Source of the DNA: Chiloscyllium plagiosum
Lineage: Eukaryota
Assembly: GCF_004010195.1 (NCBI RefSeq)
Contig: NC_057753.1
Span: 11,730,050-11,769,587 of the forward strand
Reading direction: 5' to 3'
Length of the DNA stretch: 39,538 bases
This document shows, piece after piece, positions 1 through 10,838 of this stretch. Numbering within the stretch: position 1 is the first letter of the stretch; each line of letters opens with the position of its first letter. Position numbers and translations under genes: made by a program. Below the pieces are notes generated by a model. That model made no database searches, was not told the origin of the DNA, and saw only the letters and a list, made by a program, of their open reading frames with translations.

Positions 1-1398
1 TTAATACTGACAAAGGACCCAGCACCTACAGGCTATGTTAACACTGACAAAGAAAGAATACAGCACCTACAGGATATGTTAACACTGACAAAGATAACAG
101 CACCTACAGGCTATGTTAACACTGAGAAAGAACACAGCACCTACAGGCTATGTTAATACTGACAAGGATCACAGCCCCTACAGGTGATGTTAACACTGAC
201 AAAGAACACAGCACCTACAGGCTATGTTAACACTGACAAAGAACACAGTACCACAGGCTATGTTAACACTGACAAAGATCACAGCACCTATAGGCTATGT
301 TAACACTGACAAAGAAAGGACACACCTCCTACAGGCTATGTTATCACTGACAAAGATCACAGCACCTACAGGCGATGTTAACACTGACAAAGAACACAGC
401 ACCTACAGGTTATGTTAACACTGACAAAGATCACAGCACCTCCAGGCTATGTTTGTGGGCGGCACTGCTGCCTCACAACGCCAGAAACACGGGTTCAATT
501 CCCACCTCAGGTGATCTCTGTGTGGTGTTTGCATATTCTCCCTGTGTCTGCGTGGGTTTCCTCCGGGTGCTCCGGTTTCCTCCCGCAATCCAAAAATGTG
601 CAGGTTAGGTGAATTGGCCATGCTAAATTGTCCGTAGTGTTAAGTGAAGGGGTAAATGTAGGAGTATGGGTCTGGGTGGGATACGCTTCGGCGGGTCGGT
701 GTGGACTTGTTGGGCCGAAGGGCCTGTTACCACACTGTAAGTAATCTAATCTAAAACACTGACAAAGAAAGGACACACCTCCTACAGGCTATGTTAATAC
801 TGACAAAGATCACAGCACCTACAGGCGATGTTAACACTGACAAAGAACACAGCATCTGCAGGCTATGTTAACACTGACAAAGAACACAGCGCCAACAGGC
901 TATGTTAACACTGACAAAGAACGCAGCGCCTACAGGCGATGTTAACACTGACAAAGAACACAGCGCGTACAGGCTATGTTAACACTGACAAAGAACACAG
1001 CGCCTACAGGCAATGGTAACACTGACAAAGAACACAGCGCCTACAGGCAATGGTAACACTGACAAAGAACACAGCGCATACAGGCAATGTTAACACGGAC
1101 AAAGAACACAGCACCTACAGGCAATGGTAACACTGACAAAGAACACAGCGCATACAGGCAATGTTAACACGGACAAAGAACACAGCACCTACAGGCAATG
1201 GTAACACTGACAAAGAACACAGCGCCTACAGGCAATGGTAACACTGACAAAGAACACAGCGCCTACAGGCAATGGTAACACTGACAAAGAACACAGCGCC
1301 TACAGGCAATGTTAACACTGACAAAGAACACAGCGCCTACAGGCAATGGTAACACGGACAAAGAACACAGCGCCTTCAGGCTATGTTAACACTGGACA
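1..1398. repeat. 37-bp minisatellite (TATGTTAACACTGACAAAGAACACAGCACCTACAGGC), interrupted by a SINE at 454-754
   Basis: Direct tandem units with 37-nt period (unit starts at 901 and 938); a few longer variant units. Confidence 0.95.
454..754 (+). mobile_element. HE1-type V-SINE with A-box deletion
   Basis: GTGGGCGGCAC head, B box GGTTCAATTCC, V-domain GGGTTTCCTCCGGGTGCTCCGGTTTCC, CR1-like tail ending (TAATC)n. Confidence 0.9.
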
Positions 1399-1444
1399 TA
1401 CCTCCTACCGACTATATTAGCACATGAAGAAGCAGCATCATTTT

Positions 1445-1590
1445 ACACACCAGGAACTTGATGCTCCCTTGTCCGCCTCCACCTCAGCGCCTTTGATGCA
1501 GACAGGGATGTGCCCTCCACTCTGCTCCCTGAAGTCGATGACCAGCTCATTTGTTTTGCTGAAGATGAGAAGAGATTCTTGGGTTTGAGG
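1445..1590 (-). mobile_element. Rex1/Babar-like LINE RT fragment
   Basis: Minus-strand translation KTNELVIDFREQSGGHIPVCIKGAEVE resembles the KTKELIVDFR motif. Confidence 0.55.
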
Positions 1591-3176
1591 CTGTGCATCA
1601 GGTCAGCTATGCTTTTTGCTGGAGAAACACATGTTCACCTCTGCTGAGGGGCTTTCAAACCAGTCCATGTCATGCAATCTGTCCCTCCCCAAATGTTGCT
1701 GCTGCTCCGTCAGAAATAGTTGAACACAGTGACTTCCAAACCCTTCATCACCATCAGCGTGTAACACATTTCACAATGTCACACTCCTCGATAATTTAGT
1801 TTCGGAATGGAGAGGTCACAGTGGAGAAGGTGGGAGAATTTGGTGTATCATTTTATTGCACTTTGGGGCCGGTGACCATACTTCTATTAGTTTTAAAATA
1901 GTGATGAAAAAAGATAGACCAGATCTAAAAGTTGAAGTTCTAAATTGGAGGAAGGCTAATTTTGATGGGATTAGACAAGGACTTTCAAAAGCTGACTTGG
2001 GGCAGATGTTTGCTGGTGAAGGGACGGCTGGAAAATGGGAAGCCTTCAGAAATGAGATAACGAGAGTCCAGAGAAAGTATATTCCTGTCAGGGTGAAAGG
2101 CTGTTAGCTGTAGGGAATGCTGAATGACTAGAGAAATTGAAGTTTGGATTAAGAAAAAGAAGGAAGCATATGTCAGGTATAGACAGAAGAGATCAAATGA
2201 ATCCTTAGAAGAATATAAAGGCAAGAAGGAGTATATTTGAGAGAGAAATCAGGAGAGCAAAAAGGGGACATGAGATAGCTTTGGCAAATAGGATTAAGGA
2301 GAATCCAAAGGGATTTTATAAATAAATAAAGGACAGAAGGGTAACAACGGAGAGAAAGAGGCCCCTCAAAGATCAGCAAGGCAGCTGAGGTGTGGAGCCA
2401 CAGGAGATGGGGGAGATACTAATTGAGTATTTTGCATCAGTGTTTACTGTGGAGAAAGACATGGAAGTTATAGAATGTGCAGAAATAGATGGTGACATCT
2501 TGAAAAATGTCCATATTACAGGGGAGGTGGTGCTGAATGTCTTGAAATGGATTAAAATGGATAAATCCCCAGGACCTGATCAGGTGTACCCTAGAACTCT
2601 GTAGGAAGCTAGGGAAGGGATTGCTGGGCCTCTTGCTGAGATTTTTGTATCATCAATAGTCACAGGTGAGGTGCCGGACAACTGGAAGTTGGCTAACGTG
2701 GTGCCACAGTTTAAGAAGGGTGGTAACGACAAGCCAGGGAACTATAGACCGGTGAGCCTGGCCTCAGTGGTGGGCAAGTTGTTGGAGGGAATCCTGAGGG
2801 ACAGGATGTACATGTATTTGGAAATGCAAGGACTGATTAGGGGTAGTCAACATGGCTTTGTAGTTGGGAAATCATGTCTCATGAACTTGATTGAATTTTT
2901 AAAAGAAGCAACAATGAGGATTGATGAGGGCAGAGCGGTAGATGCGATCTATATGGACTTCAGTAAGGTATTCAACAAGGTTTCCCCATGGGAGACTGAT
3001 TAGCAAGGTTAGATCTCATGGAATACAGGGAGAACTAGCCATTTGGATACAGAACTGGCTCAAAGGTAGAAGACAGAGGGTGGTGGTGGAGGATTGTTTT
3101 TCAGACTGGAGGCCTATGACCAGTGGAGTGCCACAAGGATCGGTGCTGGGTCCTCTACTTTTTGTCATTTATGATT

Positions 3177-3472
3177 TGGATGCGAGCATAAGAGGTATAG
3201 TTAGTAAATTAGCAGATGATACCAAAATTGGAGGTGTTGTGGACAGCGAAGAGGGTTACCTCAGATTATAACAGAATCTTGATCAGATGAGCAAAAGTGA
3301 GGACTGCAGATGCTGGAAACCAGATGGATGCGAGCATAAGAGGTATAGTTAGTAAATTAGCAGATGATACCAAAATTGGAGGTGTTGTGGACAGCAAAGA
3401 GGGTTACCTCAGATTACAACAGAATCTTGATCAGATGAGCAAAGGTGAGGACTGCAGATGCTGGAAACCAGA
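3177..3472. repeat. 148-bp direct tandem duplication spanning a CR1/Penelope junction
   Basis: 3177-3324 repeated at 3325-3472 with about 3 substitutions. Confidence 0.9.
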
Positions 3473-3588
3473 GTTTAGATCAGAGTGGTGCTGGAAAAGC
3501 ACAGCAGGTCAGGCAGCATCCGAGGAGCAGGAAAATCGACATTTAGGGCAAAAGCCCTTTATCAGCCCTTCTTTTCCAGCATCACACT
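3441..3588 (-). mobile_element. Penelope-like terminal repeat (degenerate hammerhead) with short inverted arm, inserted in CR1
   Basis: GTGAGGACTGCAGATGCTGG...CAGCAGGTCAGGCAGCATC; flanked by imperfect duplication CTTGATCAGATGAGC / CTTAACCAGATGGGC. Confidence 0.75.
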
Positions 3589-4658
3589 TAACCAGATGGG
3601 CCAATGGGCTGAGGAGCGGCAGATGGAGTTTAATTCAGATAAATGCGAGGTGCCGCATTTTGGAAAAGCAAATCAGAGTAGGACTTGTGCACTTAATGGT
3701 AAGATCCTAGGGAGTGTTGCTGAACAAAGAGACCTTGGAGTACAGGTTCATAGTTTCTTGAGAGTCACAGATAGATAGGATGGTGAAGAAGGTGTTTGGT
3801 ATGCTTTCCTTTATTGGTCAGAGCATTGAGTATAGGAGTTGGGAGGTCATGCTGCGGCCACTTTTGGAATATTACGAGCATTTCTGGTCTCCTTCCTATC
3901 GGAAAGATGTTCTGAAACTTGAAAGGGTTCAGAAAAAATTTACAAGGATGTTGCCAGGGTTGGAGGGTTTGAGCTACAGGGAGAGGCTGAATAGGCTGGG
4001 GCTGTTTTCCCTGGAGTGTTGGAGGCTGAAGGGTGACGTTATAGAGGTTTATCAAATCATGAGGGGGCATGGATAGGATAAATAGACAAAGTATTTTCCT
4101 GGCATGAGGGAGTCCAGAACTAGAGGTCATAAGTTTTGGGTGAGAGGGTAAAGATATAAAAGGGACCTAAGGGGCAACTTTTTCACACAGAGGGTGGTGC
4201 GTGTATGGAATGAGCTGCCAGAGGAAGTGGTGGGAGGCTGGTACAACACTCAAAAGACATCTGGATGGGTATGTGAATAGGAACGGTTCGAGGGATGTGG
4301 GACAAGTGCTAGGAAATGGGACTAGATTGGGTTAGGGTATCTGGGTCAGCATGGACGAGTTGGACCAAATTGTCTGTTTCTGTGCTGTACATCTCTCTGA
4401 CTCGACGATTCTAATTGTCGGTGAGAATTCAAATGAGATGTTCATTGGCGGAACTGAACTTTGCACCCAAGATCGATTCAGGTTTGAAGTTAATGTTCTT
4501 CATTTTATTGCAAATGAGTTCCTGGTGAGAGCTCTTCGATGAAGGGAACAAATTGCACTTTTACAAAATAAAACACTGCAGCCCCGAGCAATGGACAGAA
4601 CATTAAACCCTGGCTTGTTATTGGGACTGTTAATGACGTCAATAACAGTGTTAAATTA

Positions 4659-5297
4659 TCAATTGTGGACAATCCTGATTAACAGGAGGGTCCAACCCCT
4701 GCAGTCACTTTCTGAACTCGCTGGTGTCTCAGCATTTGGGATGACTGAGCAAATCCCTTCCCACAGACCGAGCAGCTGAAAGGCTGATCCACACTGTGGA
4801 CCCGCTGGTGTGTCAGCAGCTGGGATGACTACGGGAATCCTTTCCCGCACACGGGGCAGGTGAACGGCTTCTCCCCCCGTGTGAGTGCGCCGGTGCTCCT
4901 GGAGGTCGCTCGTCTGCCTGAAGGTCTTCCCGCAGGACGCGCACCCGTACGGGCCCTCCTTCGTGTGGAAGTAGTGGTGCGACTGGACAGCATCTATCTG
5001 ATCGAACCTCTCCCCGCACACGAAGCAAGTGAACGGCTTCTGCCCCGTGTGAATCCGCTGGTGCTCGGTGAGCAGGGAGGAAGACTTGAAGCCATGCCCG
5101 CAGGTCGTGCAGCTGAACGGCTTCTCCTCGGTGTGGACCCGCTGGTGCAGGGAAAGGCCGGACGACTGAGTGAACCTCCTCCCGCACTCGGAGCAGGTGA
5201 ACGGCCTCTCCCCGGTGTGAATGCGCCGGTGTATATCCAGCCGGGACGAACAAGTGAACCTTTTACCGCAGTCCTCACACTTCCACGGTTTCTCCAT
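4659..5297 (-). CDS. C2H2 zinc-finger protein ZNF-A: 5 intact fingers, then frameshift (possibly decaying)
   Basis: MEKPWKC start, five C2H2 units with TGERPF-type linkers; extra C in run 4873-4878 shifts frame; the original frame also has TAG in finger 6; AATAAA on minus strand at 4504-4509. Confidence 0.85.
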   Translation of the reverse strand: MEKPWKCEDCGKRFTCSSRLDIHRRIHTGERPFTCSECGRRFTQSSGLSLHQRVHTEEKPFSCTTCGHGFKSSSLLTEHQRIHTGQKPFTCFVCGERFDQIDAVQSHHYFHTKEGPYGCASCGKTFRQTSDLQEHRRTHTGGEAVHLPRVRERIPVVIPAADTPAGPQCGSAFQLLGLWEGICSVIPNAETPASSESDCRGWTLLLIRIVHN

Positions 5298-5405
5298 GGT
5301 GCGGGTGACCCGTTAGACAGTCAGTTGAAGCCACACTCAATCTCTATCCTCTGTGACTGATGTGCTGCTTTTCTTCGGCTGTGTAACTGGTCAGAGCTTT
5401 TTCCA

Positions 5406-5609
5406 GGAGAAAGTGAGGACTGCAGATGCTGGAGATCAGAGCTGAAAATGTGTTGCTGGAAAAGCGCAGCAGGTCAGGCAGCATCCAAGGAGCAGGAGAA
5501 TCGACGTTTCAGGATTCCTGAAGAAGGGCTCATGCCCGAAACGTCGATTCTCCTGCTCCTTGGATGCTGCCTGACCTGCTGCGCTTTTCCAGCAACACAT
5601 TTTCAGCTC
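5406..5609. mobile_element. Fold-back Penelope-derived insertion with TSD
   Basis: Perfect 72-bp inverted arms 5439-5510 / 5538-5609; TSD TCAGAGCTTT(T/C)TCCA at 5391-5405 and 5608-5622. Confidence 0.85.
5518..5545 (+). ncRNA. Minimal type I hammerhead ribozyme core (Penelope family A)
   Basis: CTGAAGA-A-GGGC-TCAT-GCCC-GAAA-CGTC; palindromic ACGT helix III; stem I weak. Confidence 0.65.
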
Positions 5610-6009
5610 AGAGCTTTCTCCACCCTGGAATACTCTCACTCAGGTCATGTATTTTCAGTCTCAGCAAAGTTTGAAATCATTTCCCCGCAGGCAGAACCGA
5701 GAAATGACTCTCTCTTTCCACGTTCAGACGCCTTTGATCTTCACCTCTTGATGAATGCAGTCACTCTGAAAGGTGTTAATGTGATGATGGGGGTTGACCT
5801 CCCTATCTCCAGTGCCCTGCAAAAGGAGTTTATAAACAGTCCTCACTTCCAGCACAAATCTTACTCTTACACACTCGTCCTTCCCCTCTGGGCTGCATTG
5901 AAAAAAAAAACAACAAAGTGCTGGATAATTCTTCTCCTTTGAACAGACTGGTGCACTTGGAAGGCAATAAAGATGGTGCTGGTACCACAACATGCATCTA
6001 CACAAAGAT

Positions 6010-6375
6010 GGGGATCGCGCATGCGCCCTATGGGGCAGCCTTTGCGTTGTTAATGCACCCGCGTAAAACGGGGCCATCACAATTGGCAGTAACTCCGGCC
6101 AATAGGGCGGAGAGGGGCGGGGCCAGACCCCGCGTGGGAGCGGCTCGCCCTCCAACCAATCAGAGTGAATGGAGGCGGCCGCAAGCGGGGAGGTCCTCCA
6201 ACCAATGAGAATAAAGGTGGGCCGGTCCTCCAACCAATCGAAGCAAAGCGGCTGGATTAAAACTAGGGTGGGAGGGAAACTGGTCCGCCAACCAATCCAA
6301 GTAAAACGGGCTGGGCCTCCAGCCAGTAGCAGGCAACGGGGCGGGGCTGGTCCTCCAACCAATGGGAATGAATCG
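6010..6375 (-). promoter_or_regulatory. CpG-rich promoter of ZNF-A with CCAAT array, GC boxes and NRF1-like site
   Basis: CCAAT at 6099, 6156, 6202, 6234, 6292, 6359; GGGGCGGGG near 6114 and 6338; GCGCATGCGC near 6018. Confidence 0.75.
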
Positions 6376-6444
6376 GGAAACAAAGCCAGAAGTTAAAAAT
6401 CACCCAACACCAGGTTTTCGTCCAACAGGTTTATTTGGAAGCGC

Positions 6445-6473
6445 TAGCTTTCGGAGCGCTGCTCCTTCATCAG
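6445..6473 (-). ncRNA. Minimal hammerhead core (family B), stem I mismatched
   Basis: Reverse complement CTGATGA-A-GGAGC-AGC-GCTCC-GAAA-GCTA. Confidence 0.6.
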
Positions 6474-6511
6474 GGGGTTGTGGAGTACACGATCATAAGA
6501 CACAGAATTTA

Positions 6512-6787
6512 TTAGATTACATTACAGTGTGGAAACAGGCCCTTCAGCCCAACAAGTCCACACCGACCCGCCGAAGCGCAACCCACCCATACCCCTACAT
6601 TTACCCCTTACCTAACACTACGGGCAATTTAGCATGGCCAATTCACCTGACCTGCACATCTTTGGACTGTGGGAGGAAACCGGAGCACCCGGNNNNNNNN
6701 NNNNNNNNNNNNNNNNNNNNNNNNTGAACCCTGGTCTCCAGCGCTGTGAGGCAGCAGTGCTAACCACTGTGCCACCGTGCCGCCCAC
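6512..6787 (-). mobile_element. HE1 SINE (left copy of head-to-head pair; contains N gap)
   Basis: Reverse complement of HE1 from TTAGATTAC tail to CCGCCCAC head. Confidence 0.9.
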
Positions 6788-6794
6788 AAAGTTA

Positions 6795-7117
6795 GTGGGC
6801 GGCACGGTGGCACTGTGGTTAGCACTGCTGCCTCACAGGACCAGAGACCCGGGTTCAATTCCCGCCTCAGGTGACTGTGTGGAGTTTGCACGTTCTCCCC
6901 GTGTCTGTGTGGGTTTCCTCCGGGTGCTCCGGTTTCCTCCCACAATCCAAAGATGTGCAGGTCAGGTGAATAGGCCATGCTAAATTGCCCGTAGTGTTAG
7001 GTAAGGGGTAAATGTAGGGGTATGGGTGGGTTACGCTTCGGCGGGTCGGTGTGGACTTGTTGGGCCGAAGGGCCTGTTTCCACACTGTAATGTAATCTAA
7101 TCTAATGTAATCTAATC
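6795..7117 (+). mobile_element. HE1 SINE, full length (right copy)
   Basis: A box TGGCACTGTGG, B box GGTTCAATTCC, V-domain, (TAATC)n tail. Confidence 0.92.
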
Positions 7118-7524
7118 TTATAGCAAGTTTACAGTGTGATGCAAGTGAAATCATACATTGAAAAATACCTTGATTGTTTGTTAAGTCTCTCATCTGTTAG
7201 AATGACCATGATAGTTTCACTCCTTTGATATGTAAATCACAAAACTTTTTTTTAGAAGTAACATTCGCAGGTTAGTTTTAACAATTGGTGTCAGCCCAGA
7301 TAAGATCTTAAGATGTTGAAGGTGTCTGTCCCCTGTGTTTTGTTGTCTGTGCCATAATGTTTAGACTGATTCTAATCTAAGAAGTGAGTTGACAGAGTCT
7401 TACATGGATTCATGCAGTTTTTGAGCAAGGTACAATGTAACTCTGCAAGTACAAATTCACCCCACAAACGTATATGTGGACATGTGGGATTTTGGGGTTT
7501 TTTTTCAACCAAACTCATACACGC

Positions 7525-8520
7525 TGATCAGATATCTAAATTAACCTAGCCCCATCTGCCAGCACTTGGCTCACATCTCCCTCAACCCTTCCCATTCATA
7601 TACCCATCCAGATGCCTTTTAAATAGGGGAAGCAATGGCCAGGTGGTATTATCACTGGACTGTTTATCCAGAGACCCAGCTAATGTTCTGGGAATCCAGG
7701 TTGCTAGGGCAGATAGTGGAATTTGAATTCAATGAAACAAGATCTGGAATTAAGGGTCTAACAATGACCGTGAATCCATTGTCGATTGTCAGGAAAACCC
7801 ATTTGGTTCACTCATTTCCTTTAGGGAACGAAACTGCCATGCTTACCTTGTCTGACCTACATGTGACTCCAGACCCAAAGCAATGTGGTTGACTCTTAAC
7901 TGCCCTCTGGGCAATTAGGGATGGGCAATAAATGCTGTGCCCAGCCAGTGGTGCCCTCATCCCATGAATGAATAAAGAAAGCAAAAATATTGTAATTGTA
8001 CCAGCCTCCACCACTTTTTCTGGCAGCTCATTCCATACATGCACCACACTCTGCATGAAAGAGTCACCCCTCATGTCCCTTTTATATCTTTCCCCTCTCA
8101 CCCTGACCTTATGCCCTCTAGTTCTGGACTCACCCACCCCAGGGAAAAGACCTTGTCTATTTACCCTATCCATGCCCCCTCATGATTTTATAAACCTCTA
8201 TAAGGTCACCGCTCAGCCTCCAATGCTCCAGCCTCTCCCCGTAGCTCAAACCCTCCAACCCTGGCAACATCCTTGTAAATCTTTTCTGAACCCTTTCAAG
8301 TTTCACAACGTCATTCGGGCAGAAGGGAGACCAGAATTACACACAGTGTTCCAGAAGTGGCTTAACCAATGTCCTATACAGCCGCAATATGACCTCCCAA
8401 CTTCTACACTCAGTGCGCTGACTAATAAAGACAAGCGTACCAAATGCCTTCTTCGCTATGCTGTATACCTGTATACCTCCACTTTCAAGGAGCTATGATC
8501 TCGCACTCCAAGATCTCTTC
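7525..8520 (-). mobile_element. CR1/HER1 LINE 3' fragment
   Basis: Minus translation SRTRGH..VWNELPE; same 3' tail as other copies. Confidence 0.85.
7626..7985 (+). mobile_element. Second tRNA-derived SINE family nested in CR1
   Basis: TGGCCAGGTGG A-box-like head; tail GGGCAATTAGGGATGGGCAATAAATGC...A-rich; flanked by AAATA duplication; homologous to 26229-26490. Confidence 0.7.
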
Positions 8521-8825
8521 ATTTCAGATGTATCTTAAATGACGTTTAAGCAATTAAGGACTGACAATAATTCCTAGCCAGCAATGCCCTTATCCCAAAA
8601 ATAAATTCAGAATCTCATCCCAGTTGTCTCAGCCTGTGGATCCATAGCAATGTGCTTGACTCTGAATCTGCTGTCTGCCCCAATTAGAGAAGGGAAATGA
8701 ATCCCATGAACGAATAAAAATCAAGTCGTCAGAACACAAATTCCTCAACCACTTCACAATCCACTACTCTGTCCCTGATCTCCCGTTGTCATTCCAAAAT
8801 CCTAAAGCATTTTGTCACATCACAA

Positions 8826-9307
8826 CACGGTGGCTCGGGGGTTAGTGCTGCTGCCTCACAGCACCAGGGACCCGGGTTCGATTCCAGCCTCGGACAACTG
8901 TCTGTGTGGATTTGCAAATTCGCGTGGGTTTCCTCCAGGTGCTCCGGTTCCCTCCCACAATCCAAAGATGTGCAGGTTAGGATGGATTGGCCGTGCTAAA
9001 TTACTCATAGTGCCCAGGGATGTGCAGGTTAGAGTGGATTGGCCGTGCTAAATTACCCATAGTGCCCAGGGATGTGCAGGTTAGAGTGGATTGGCCAAGG
9101 TAAATTACCCATAGTGCCCAGGGATGTGCGGGTCAGGGTGGATTGGCCATGCTAAATTCCCCATAGTGCCCAGAGATGTGCAGGTGAGGTGCATTTGTCA
9201 GGGATAAATGTAGAGTAATGGGGAATGGGTCTGGATGGGTTAATCTTCAGTGGGGCAGTGTGGACCTGTTGGGCTGAAGGGCCTGTTTCCACACGGTAGG
9301 GATTCTA
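8826..9307 (+). mobile_element. HE1 SINE with internal 52-bp tandem expansion (4 units plus a partial)
   Basis: GATGTGC unit starts at 8967, 9019, 9071, 9123, 9175. Confidence 0.88.
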
Positions 9308-9399
9308 AGCTCAGAAGAATGACTGTCTGACTGAATGAATACAACAGCTGATACATTGAGTGAATGAATGAATACCATGAAACTCCTAAATGCTTAGCC

Positions 9400-9600
9400 A
9401 TCTTTCCTTAGAATGCCTCCAATCCAGCTTTCCGCCCCGCGACAGTTCTCCAACCAATGTCTTGTCGTGAGTGACATTCTCCGGGACGGTGACACAGGTA
9501 AAGCCACCATCCCCGTTCTTCCTGACGTCTCTGCAGCCTTCGACGAGGTTGAACGCACCATCCACCCAATGCATCTCATCCGATGGCTCCCAATTCAGCG
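9400..9600 (+). mobile_element. L2-clade LINE RT remnant
   Basis: SDILRDGDTGKATIPVLPDVSAAFDEVE resembles NDIL...LLDLSAAFDTVD. Confidence 0.6.
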
Positions 9601-9644
9601 TTCTTGACAACGGAGCTTCGTTTTGAATCAACTTTAAAAGAGGC

Positions 9645-10452
9645 CAAGTCGCAGAGCACAGAAACGGGCCCTTTGGCCCAACCAGTCCGTGCCGACCCTA
9701 ATCCCACCTAAACTAGTCCCATCTGCTTGCTCCTGGCCACTCGTTCATGTCCTTATCCAAATGTCTTTTAAATGTTGTAAGTGTACCCGCATCCACCACT
9801 TCCTCCGGCAGATCGTTCCACGCGCAAACCACTCTATATAAAAAAAGGTTGCCTCACATCTTTTTGAAATCTCTCTCCTCTCGCCATGAAAATTAGATTA
9901 GATTAGATTACAGTCTGGAAACAGGCCCTTCGGCCCAACAAGTCCACACCGACCCGCAGAAGCGAAACCCACCCATACCCCTACATTTACCCCTTACCTA
10001 ACACTACGGGCAATTTAGTATGGCCAATTCACCTGACCCTGCACATCTTTGGACTGTGGGAGGAAACCGGAGCACCCGGAGGAAACCCACGCAGACACGG
10101 GGAGAACGTGCAAACTCCACACAGTCAGTCGCCTGAGGCGGGAATTGAACCCGGGTCTCAGGCGATGTGAGGCAGCAGTGCTAACCACTGTGCCACCGTG
10201 CCGCCCACTTTGTGCCCCTTTGTCTTGAAAGCCCCCATCCTCAGGGAAAGACACCTGCCATTCACCTTATCTGCGCCCCTCATGACTTTCTAAACCTCAA
10301 CACTCCAGTGAAAAAACTCCCAGCCTCTCCTGATAACTCAAACCCCAGCAGTATCCTGGTAACTCTCGTCCGAACCCTCTCCAGCTTAATAATATCCTTC
10401 CTATAACATGCACACAGTACTCCAGAAGAGGCCTCACCAATGTCTGGTACGA
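9645..10452 (-). mobile_element. CR1 LINE 3' fragment interrupted by HE1
   Basis: CR1 tail GAAACGGGCCCTTTGGCCCAAC; ORF2 C-terminal similarity on both sides of the SINE. Confidence 0.75.
9893..10208 (-). mobile_element. HE1 SINE, full length
   Basis: (TTAGA)n tail through CCGCCCAC head. Confidence 0.92.
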
Positions 10453-10838
10453 GTTAGGACAAGCTTATCTTCCCTGAAGCAAACGACAGCAACAAACCCA
10501 GGTAATTGATTTACAGATTAACCCAGTCGACATTTACTTTCCTTTGTTACCGGTGTTGAGAACGAGTGAAGGACTTCCATCAGTTTTCACAGCACCAACT
10601 CTTGGTCTTTAATCTCCGTCCAGTTCCTGACCGTCACGTAACCTCGCTCTGTGTCCCCGTGAACAATGCTCACTTCACTCAACAGTGTGTTCACTCGCCC
10701 GTTTTTATCACAAAGCTGCGACATTCAGTTCGAACGGAGTCTCCTACATGAGCAGTTTCGAGGCTTCCCTTGTCTGCGACGAGCCTTTCGTAACAGATTT
10801 GATTAACTCCCCGCGTTACGCAAAAGCCACTCGCCGCA

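Larger units (their letters stand above)
1856..4403 (+). mobile_element. CR1-clade LINE (HER1-like), 5'-truncated ORF2/RT with stops and frameshifts plus 3' tail
   Basis: ORF pieces KSPGPD, NYRPVSL, QHGF, YMDFSK, SGVPQGSVLGPLLF, ADDTK, LERVQKKFTRMLPGL. Confidence 0.95.
6389..7490 (-). mobile_element. Penelope-like element 3' region (family B) interrupted by HE1 dimer
   Basis: CCAACAGGTTTATTTGGAAGC..TAGCTTTCGGAGCGCTGCTCCTTCATCAGG terminus, reverse complement of 12700-12785. Confidence 0.65.

Noticed and set aside
1..1398. CRISPR-like array (37-bp repeats with a GTTAAC palindrome)
   Set aside because: Units abut with no unique spacers, there are no cas genes, and the context is vertebrate
1856..4403. 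Functional reverse transcriptase gene
   Set aside because: Multiple stops, frameshifts, an insertion and a duplication; treated as a dead LINE
5436..5942. Recurrent MCCWKSAAGQAASKEQ peptide ORFs on both strands
   Set aside because: Product of the palindromic Penelope repeat, not a gene family
5724..6396. 219-aa ORF with repeated DWLE/IGWR motifs
   Set aside because: Translation of the CCAAT promoter array
10540..10838. CpG-containing stretch after the ZNF-B stop as an extra coding exon or readthrough
   Set aside because: No recognisable motif in any frame; treated as 3' UTR
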